Shown here: piece after piece, positions 55,358 to 64,000 of the stretch
Position numbering within the stretch: the stretch's first letter is position 1
Layout of the letters: each line of letters opens with the position of its first letter
NCBI GenBank assembly: GCA_951406725.2
Contig: OX597822.1
Location: 57,598,001 to 57,662,000, forward strand
Length of the DNA stretch: 64,000 bases
Reading direction: 5' to 3'
DNA from: Octopus vulgaris
Taxonomy: Eukaryota
The notes under the pieces: generated by a model
What the model saw: only the letters and a program-made list of their open reading frames with translations
The model's database searches: none
Told to the model about the DNA's origin: nothing
Translations under genes and position numbers: made by a program

Positions 55358-56420
55358 AGATGTGGCCAGTTTAAATGGCAATGGGTTTATCTGAAATTTT
55401 TTTTTCAAAGAATTATAAAACTAGAGAGGTAGAGTTCTCTACGAACTGCTATTTAGGGATGTACTGTAGCCATAGTAAAAAAAAAAAAAAAAAACGAGAA
55501 TTTATAAGTTGGGGAACATATACAAAATGATTTCTTTTCAGCTATATGCTGGTTAACTTCCAAATTAGTAATTCCGGTTTTTACATCCTGCATCTTTTTA
55601 ATTACTGTAATAAAAGTTATTATATATGACATTTAGCTCAATTTTTTTCCCAACCTGGAGGGCATATGCCTACTAAATTGAGAAGTTGAAGAAAGGGTGC
55701 CAACTCAGTAATAATTGCCAACACTAAGGGATTACTTTTAGTTCCAAATTAATATTCAGATAATTGCGATGACTCTAAATCTGGTCATGATATTCATTGC
55801 ATGGTTTATAAGAACTATAACACTAGGTTTATAAAAAAACACCATTTTCCTAATGTGTCTCGGTTTTTATTTCAAAAAACAATTTAGATGCCAATCTAAT
55901 CTTCTGTGTGTGTGTGTAACCCATGCTTATGGACGAAAATGAGCACAAAACTACATGTGTGTATATATACTTTTATTTTTCTATTTGTTTCACTTATTTG
56001 ACTCTAGCCATGCTGGAGCACTATCTTGATGGGTTTTAGTCAAACAAATCAACCCACCCCAGAATTTATTTCTCAAGCCTTATTCTACCGGTCTCTTTTG
56101 CCTAACTGGTAGGTTACAAGGACATAAACATACCAACACCAATTTTCAAATGGTGATGGGAGACAAAGACACACATACATGTAGATATACATATATGACT
56201 AAGACACACATACATGTAGATATACATATATGACTGGCTTCTTTCAGTTTCCATCTTACAAGGCTTTGGCCAGCCTAAGGCTATAGTAGAAAACACTTTC
56301 TCAAGGTGAGACTGTAAAATTTCATTTTTGGAACAGTGGTTCTTGAAGGACCCAGTAAACTATAAATAATAAACATGTAAATATTTGGTTGAAAAACCCT
56401 TTTGGATAGAAAAAAATCGA

Positions 56421-56489
56421 GGGCTGCTCGTGGGATTTGAACCCACATTACCTGCAGACAGCTGTTCTACTATTGGACCAAAGCAGTCC
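56421..56489 (-). pseudogene. tRNA-like sequence (pseudo-tRNA or isolated SINE head)
   Basis: Minus strand ggactgc...gcagccc acceptor stem, perfect T-arm gtggg-ttcaaat-cccac, shortened anticodon arm, followed by a T7 run. Confidence 0.5.
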
Positions 56490-59400
56490 TTTGAATTATG
56501 TGTTGTTGACATAATAAGAAAAGCTTCCAAGAGAACATGAAATGTAACATTCAGTGTCGTATATATTATATATCCCACCAGGGATGACAATACTTCAGAG
56601 GCACTGGCAGAGCTGTGTGGTAAGATACTTGCTTCCCAACCACATGGTTCCAGGTTCAGTTCCACTGCATGTCACCTTAGGTAAGTGAATTTGGTAGACA
56701 AAAACTGAAATAAGCCCATAGTGTGTGTGTTTCTGTCTTTGTCCCCACACCACCGCTTGACAGCTAGTGTTGGTGTGTTTGCGTTCCCATACCAGGCTTA
56801 AAAAATATGTCCTGGGACTAATTCATTCAACTAAAAGTTCAAGGCGCTACCCCAGCATGGCTACAGTCTAATGAATGAAACAAGTAAAAGATGTATTATA
56901 TACACACATACTCTTACTTAACACATTTTATGATTTTTTTTTTTTTAAGTATAATTTGATACTAAAGATCTAGCAACAGAAGTAAATATGTCTTGTTTAT
57001 TTAGCTACTTACTTCCAGGCTGTCATTATTAATATGCATATGTTTTAACTGAGGTTTGGAGAGCCAGCGACTGTACCAGGCTCCAATCTAACCTGGCAAG
57101 GTTTCTACAGCTGGATGCCCTTCCTAACACCAACCACTCCAAGAGTGTAGTGGGTGTTTTTTGCATGCCACCAGCACAGGAACCAGTCAGGCAGGCTTGA
57201 CATTGATCACATTGGGATAGTGCTCTTTATGTGCCACCAGCATGGGGGCCAGTCAGAGGGTACTGGCATCACCCATGTTCTGTTGGTGCTTTTTATGTGC
57301 CACCGGCACAGAGCCAGTCAGGGGGCACTGGCCACAGCATACAATTTCAAAATTAATACTATTTTATTTTGTAAAATAACTGAAAAAGAGTTCGCTCTGA
57401 TTCAGTGAGGGAGCCTCTCTGCATGGTCACTTGACATGTTAGTAATAACCAAAGTTCCCTCAGATCACACCTTTACCTGCTGGCTTAGGAAAGAAGAAAA
57501 GAAAAATAGCAAGCTGATTACAGTAGGAATGGTTTTGAATGGAGATCTGGTAGATCAGAGCTGACTTGAAACTAAATAACAAGAGTTCACTTATATTCTC
57601 AAATTTACTAAAAGCCTGATGCTTCAGTCTTATCTTAAACATAAGCAAACTACACACTCAGTGAAAATCTGTCTGCATGCCGACTACTCTTTACCATTAT
57701 AATATCTAGTAATGTGTTTCAATATAGTTTAATTTAGTATGGTTGTCAGCTGTTGAGCAGAGTTACTAAAATTGGTGAAATGGAATTGAATTAGATTAAA
57801 TTTATTGACATTTTAAAACACACACACACACATGCAGTGAGAGGGAGAAAACGAATGGGAATTTTTTTTTAAATTATAGATAATAAGCAAACATTAGAAA
57901 TATCACTTGAAAATAAATCAGCAAATTTCAACCACTACTACTATTACAGTTTGTTAATTCTGGAATGAATTTAACCTTTTTAAAACTAGCCTGTCTGGCA
58001 TTATCCATACTAATGTGTTTGTACTTAAATGCTCCAAGCCACATAAAGTGAATGATATTGTATGATTTTAGTTAGTCAATCACTAACAATATACTTCAAT
58101 ACACACAGGCATACATAAAGATACTTCAGCTTTCACTTGCAGGCAGATTTGATTTGGTAGTGTACACCATGCTTTTGCTAATTGTTGTAGGTGCCTGTGT
58201 AGTAGCAAGCATACATAGGCACCCTTACAACCCTAATGCCCTTAAGTCGGCTGAACATCCAGTATGCGACAGAAGGTGGAGAAAGAGGGCTGCACTACCA
58301 TTTGGCTAGTATTCATTTTAGCTGAGCAGACTGGAACAAAATGAAATGGAGTGCTTTGCTCAAGAATATAATGTGCTCTCTAGTGTGGGAATTCAACCTC
58401 ACACACACACACACCAACATAATGCACAACATTATATAAAGTTAGATATATTTTCCTAAATCCCTCCAAAATGTTGATTATATTGAGCATTGACTCTTTA
58501 GCATTTAAATTGGTCATATCCAGTCCAAATATTCTCTTTGTTTTATGTTCAGACCAGCCAGATATGGCCTCTTATATCTACCTTACAATGTCATACTATA
58601 AAAGTAAAGAATCGCATCCTCAAAATCTTGATGCTACAAGATAATGCAAGATTCATTCAAAACAGTGGGAATAAATAAGTTTTACATTTAAGAGTAATCT
58701 GAATGCTAAAAGGTTAAAACTCTGTGACAGTTTTAGTCGTTAGAAATATAGCAATGAAAAGATTAATTATCTAATTTTTGCAATAACTACTATGCTAAAT
58801 CCCAATAAAACCATATAATTTCTTACCTAAATTTTTAATTTAGCATTATTTGGTACATCTTGGTAACAGATTCAAGAGCAGTTAGAGAAAAAAATGAATA
58901 AACAATTTTACCATATTTGCAAATGTTATTTGGTGTTAGGAAGGGCATCAAGCTGTAGAAACTATGGCAAAGCATACATTGGAGTTCAGCACAGTTCTCT
59001 GGCTTTCTGTTGAACTGTCTAATCCATGCCAGCATGGAAAATGAATGTTAAGTGATGAGGATGAGTAATTAGTCTATTCATAGGCACAGGTGTAGCTGTG
59101 TTGTTAGGAACTTTGCTTCCTAACCTTGGATAAGTGTCTTCCAGTATGGCCTCAGGATAACCAAAGCCTTGTCAGTGGATTTAGGAGACAGTAACTGAAA
59201 GAAACCCATCATAGGTGTGTGAGAGGGGTGGTGTTTATATTTGTGCTCCTCTGGAAATTGCTCGCTTATGGTCAGTGATGTTGCTGTCATTTCCCTGGTC
59301 AGTAGATTGTCCACTGCCTTCAAAGACATTTGAAATAAGGCATCTCTTTGCTTGAAAAACAGGTAAGGTTAGCAACAGGAAGAGCATCTCACTGTAAAAC

Positions 59401-61053
59401 AATACCTCGACACATTATCTAACCCATGCTTGCATAAAAAGACTGATGTAAAAACGAATGCAAGAAGGAAGAAAAATAATTGTTATATCTTGGTAGAGTA
59501 GTTATTAGAAATATGGAATTAACATTTACATTTTTGGCATATTTGTAATTGTAAAAGTAATTAAGTATATTTGAATATAGTCACAAGCACAAAGTTATGT
59601 GCATATTTATTATGTATGTGTATGTGTGTGTGTGTGTGCAATTTTGTGCAAGATGGTTTGACTTGAAATATGTATAAATCCTAAATTCAGAAACAACACT
59701 CTAAATCCTCAAAGTTATTAACCAGAAAGATTTTTAATATTTTTACTTCTAAAATATTATTGGGATTTTGTGTATTCATGGTATAATGTTGTGGGGGCGG
59801 GGGATATGAATGGCTCCAAATGGTGCATAAAGAAGACATTAAATGTGTATTATTTGGGCTTACCAATGTGAAATTTGTGTGAGAGAATGAAATAAGATCT
59901 AATTTTAGTATATGGTCATGTCGGATAGTGAGTAAGATTGTGATTTATTATAGTAGTTGAGGATTCGCCAAGCTGAGGTGTGAGATTCTTAAATTTAGTT
60001 TAAGAAAACTAAAAATCACTGAGAATAACTAGGGAGCTCTTTTTTTTTTTTTTTTTTTTTTTTTTACGTCTGTTGGAGATAACCATTTGCAGTGGTGATG
60101 CAAATGGTTTAAAAAAAAAAAAAGAAGACTACAATTTATAAAACTGTTATTGATTGCCTTTTCTATCATTTTTCTTGATGTTTATATTGGATTATGTTGA
60201 GTTTGAAACATATTCTTGCACTTCAAATTTTGAAAATAGAGATAGGATGTTGACTTGTTTTACAGAAAAGGCTAAAAGTATTTGATTTCCTTTTGAAGTT
60301 TTTTTTTTTTTGTTTTGTTTTTTTTGTAGTAGTAGTAGTAGAAGTAGTCTTTTCTGTTTTAGATGAGTTCTTTAAAAACTGATGTTTTCACATGCTGATT
60401 ATAATATAGTTGTTATACCTTCTGTTTTACATATACTTATTTGAGAGTATTACCATCTTGATTCCTATTGAATTCAATTGACATAATTCCTTATATTTAG
60501 ATAGCTGCAATAATAGTAACTTTCAATTACACTTCTCACTAATGAAACAAAACAAATGATTTAATTATCTACAGAACAAAAGCTACTGTTGAGAAGACAG
60601 TAAATGTGAGAGAGAAAACCTTTCCACATGACAGTTATTGTATTGTTTCACACCATATTTCTGTTAGTTTTCTTAATGAACACTGAAATACATTATCCCT
60701 AACTGTATGCTTGTTAATTTGATATATTTAGTCTGTAGATAGAATCAAGCATAATTTTAACACTTTGAAATTACAGTAATGTCATATACACCCAAAGTTA
60801 GTCAGCTTGGGCAGGCCTTACATCATATATATAACTTTTCCTTCCCTCTCTACCTCACTTCATCTTATTATTGATATGAGGAGGAGGAGGAAGGGTAGTA
60901 GTAGTGGGGTGGGAGTGGCTGCTGCTGCTGACATATTCTGATTTTGAAAGAGTTAATAAGTTGAACTCTGGAAGGCTTTTGGGATGGCAGAAAATTAGTG
61001 TTTAACTCATCAAAAACAAATTTGGTTTATTGAAATTCTTTTCCTAAGCTGGT

Positions 61054-61086
<33 letters not shown>

Positions 61087-62336
61087 CACATCAATTATTT
61101 TTGAATTTTCAAAAGTTGTAAGATATAATACTAAAGAATACAAAACTCTCAACTTCTGACTAACTTCTTCATTCTGACACCTTTTTTCCTCCCCACAAAA
61201 TTCTCATCCTTAAGATATATGTCAGTGATCATTCTTTTTCATATCCTAACATGTTATTTGTCGTAAACATGTATTGTCATCATTCAGTGTTTAACAAGAA
61301 CCTCTAAAATATTGTTTGAATGCTTGAATGACAATCAGTTTCTTTTGTTTTAGAGTGAAGATATTAAATTTTAAGATAATTCATTCCTTTTATGAAAGAA
61401 TGTTTTCCCTAGTCTGATTTTGTCTAATACAGAAAAAAAAAAAGTGAATAAAGATGTAAATCTCTCCACATTGAATTAATCATAGAAAATTTTATTGCCT
61501 TTCCAGACACACATATACACATGCACACATATTATTACACTTTGAGAACCATAACATTATTAATTACAAGTTTTCAATGAGCCAGTCTCTGGTTTTATGT
61601 TGGCATGAGTGACAAGTGGGTGTATGTACCACGTGTGCAGAACAAATACCAAAATACCATTTTTTTTTTTTTTTTCTCCCAAGAAGTACTAGTCTATTGA
61701 TTTTCTTGCTGATTGATGTTTTATATCTTTTGCCAATATACATCAGCAATCCATGCGCACACACTCACTCACACAAACACACACACACATTCTCACAGTG
61801 AATTTCTTAATCAAACAACTATTCATGTACTTATATGTTTGTGTGTATTTCACATTCTCTGAAAGTTTCTAAATCCTTATATCAACAATAATCAACAAAT
61901 ATATAAAAATTGTAAATTGTTCTCCAAAACAAAGCATGGAAAATCTGAATGATGCAGTTTATATATTTGCCACCAATTTTTTTCAACATTTAGGCTTTAT
62001 TATTTTATGCTTTTCTGGTGTATAAAGTGTGTCTAAATTTTACAGTATTTGTGCACGTGCTTACATACACATACAGACAGACACACACACTCAACATTGT
62101 AATATCAAATTAAATCTGAAAGTTCAGGAATGACTTTGAACAAGAGAAGATGGGTTGGTTTGATGGCAAGCCACTGAAAATTGGTACTACCATCTAGAAG
62201 ACTAATTCCATTTGAAAAGTGATAAAAACATCGCACTTTACCATTCATCTTATGCTTATGCATGTATAACAGTGAGAGAGAGATAGCATATGTTTACATG
62301 TGTGTATATGATAAAGTATATATATATACACATATA

Positions 62337-62555
62337 CATAAGAGTGGTACAGAAAAGTTCCTGGTTTTGGGTAAAAGAAAATACAGGGGGGATCAGTTAA
62401 TTATGATTTTATTTAACATATTCCCCTCTCAGATTCACACACTTATTGCAGCGCTCCTTCAGTTTTCAAAGCCCTGTAAAAGAACTCGGAAGGTTGAGCC
62501 TCTAAACAGGTCTTTTGTGATACCCTTAAAGCCAAGAACTTTTCAGCACCCCCTT
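62337..62555 (+). mobile_element. mariner-like MITE (second copy)
   Basis: Homologous to 11378-11605. Termini gaaaagttcctgg / ccaagaacttttcagcacccc. Confidence 0.7.
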
Positions 62556-62712
62556 TGTGTGTGTGTGTGTGTGTGTGTGTGTCTATAGTTTGATATCTGC
62601 TCTAGTGGTTTAACTCTGAATTTGATGAATCGTAAAATGCAGTGAATCATCTCAAATCTTGGCGCACCAGAACTGAAACTGTGAAAGGCATATATATATA
62701 TATATATATATA

Positions 62713-63634
62713 CCATAAATCCTCGAGGATAATCCGCATTTTTTCCCCAAAAATTTAAAGGTCAAATTCCCTAATGTGTACTATATACGAGGTTAAAGAT
62801 GAAAAATATTTTCTAAGCAATGTCCAAGTCTCTATTTGCTGTCCAGCAATGTTTATTCAGACGCATTTTGTAATGTCAGGCACGAAAACACATTAAGCTA
62901 AGCCTGAAAGCAATGAAGTCATAAAAGTATTCTGAACACAGAATAACATGTAACAAAAACAATTTGAAAACATATTTACATTCCCATATAACAGTTAAGA
63001 ACATCACCATTATTGTATTACGCATGCGCGGAAGTGTTTGTTCGACTAGGTACTGCTGGCTTAATTATGCACGAATTGTACTTGATAGTTTAGCGCTAAA
63101 TAATTCATCCTGCTGTTTGTATTAGCAGTTTGCATCATTACTGTGTCAAACAATAGATACTTTATTAAATACCAGTATTAAATGCTTGAACTACTGTGGG
63201 TCTTTACTAGGGTTTTTTATAAGCGGGACTTAAACCTGTACATTAATCTCCAATAAAATATTTTATACATTACATGCCCATAAAATGCCTCGTAGATCTT
63301 ATTCAGCTATGTTTAAACTTGAAGTTATATCATATGCTGAAGAGCATGGTAATAGGGCCGCCAGAAGAAAATTTGATGTTGACGAAAGCAATGTCAGGTT
63401 ATGGAGAAGAAATAAAGATGAAATTAAACAGATACCAAAGATAAAGAAGGCAATAATAAAGGACGTTACCGTATACATTTTTATAAACCAAAGACGTTAG
63501 TTATATAGACCTCCTTGACTCAAGTTAGAGAAGGGGTGCATATTATACACAAGGTTTACGTTTTTCAGAGGTACAGCCCCTAAAAATCCCCTGTGTATTA
63601 TACTCAAGGGCGGACTATACTCGAGGATTTATGG
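62713..63634 (+). mobile_element. Internally deleted pogo/Passer-like DNA transposon
   Basis: 25-bp TIRs ccataaatcctcgag(g/t)ata(a/g)tccgc with 2 mismatches, TA at both flanks, and subterminal tatac.c.agg repeats. Contains a truncated transposase ORF. Confidence 0.9.
63285..63500 (+). CDS. Truncated pogo-type transposase N-terminus, Brinker-like DNA-binding HTH only (71 aa)
   Basis: MPRRSYSAMFKLEVISYAEEHGNRAARRKFDVDESNVRLWRR matches the RRSY..FKL.V..YAE..GNR.A.R.F.V.E..VR.WR pattern of BrkDBD in POGK-like transposases. Expression unknown. Confidence 0.65.
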   Translation: MPRRSYSAMFKLEVISYAEEHGNRAARRKFDVDESNVRLWRRNKDEIKQIPKIKKAIIKDVTVYIFINQRR

Positions 63635-64000
63635 TATATTTTACCTGTCATCCAATCAACCATGAATGTTTGGGTGACTTCATCTTCTATTTTTTCTTTT
63701 CTTTTTTTTTCTTTTTTTTTTCCTCCTGTTTTGAGGGTTCTTCTCCAGATTCTTATTGGTTGACTTCATGGTTACATGGGACTCGTGTGAAGAGCGAGAA
63801 AAGGGTATTTATGTGTTTTTCTCTTCAGGACATGTCCATTACCAGCAGCCACATTACATGTCACTTTAATTTTGCTGTGCTATTATTGCTTTGCTGCTTC
63901 CCATTTTGTCACTCCAGCAGAATGTGATATCTGTTTTTGTTCTTTTTTCTTTTAGCATTGGTATGACTTTGCATAGTCTCCAGCAGACAAAAACATCACA

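Noticed and set aside
700-63927. Most ORFs in the six-frame track as protein-coding genes
   Set aside because: They are short, often start at non-ATG codons, overlap SINEs or microsatellites (YIYIY, CVCV, HTHT), and recur as repeat translations. The real exons are mostly not captured as ORFs.

Overview
AT-rich, repeat-dense animal genomic DNA. The SINE, LINE and MITE families look like those of a coleoid cephalopod, probably Octopus (inferred from repeat content only). The window lies inside one large + strand gene, a nuclear receptor-binding protein (NRBP1/Madm-like) pseudokinase. Five small internal coding exons (123, 102, 90, 41 and 95 nt) are visible, with canonical GT-AG sites that join in frame. 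I could not find the first coding exon or the expected 'VAPD...' exon, so they probably lie outside the window. The introns contain many tRNA-derived SINEs, decayed RTE and Penelope-like retroelements, Tc1/mariner, hAT and pogo/Passer-like DNA transposon relics, TTAA-flanked MITEs, two long fold-back elements and microsatellites. Almost all ORFs in the supplied track are spurious repeat translations. The most interesting leads are unproven: a pair of frame-compensating microexons (11+22 nt) in the NRBP kinase-like domain, a possible 69-nt cassette exon after 'KIGS', an internally deleted pogo/Passer element that keeps only a Brinker-type DNA-binding ORF, long intronic dsRNA hairpins, and a decayed hammerhead-like motif. 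I found no prokaryote-type system or CRISPR array.
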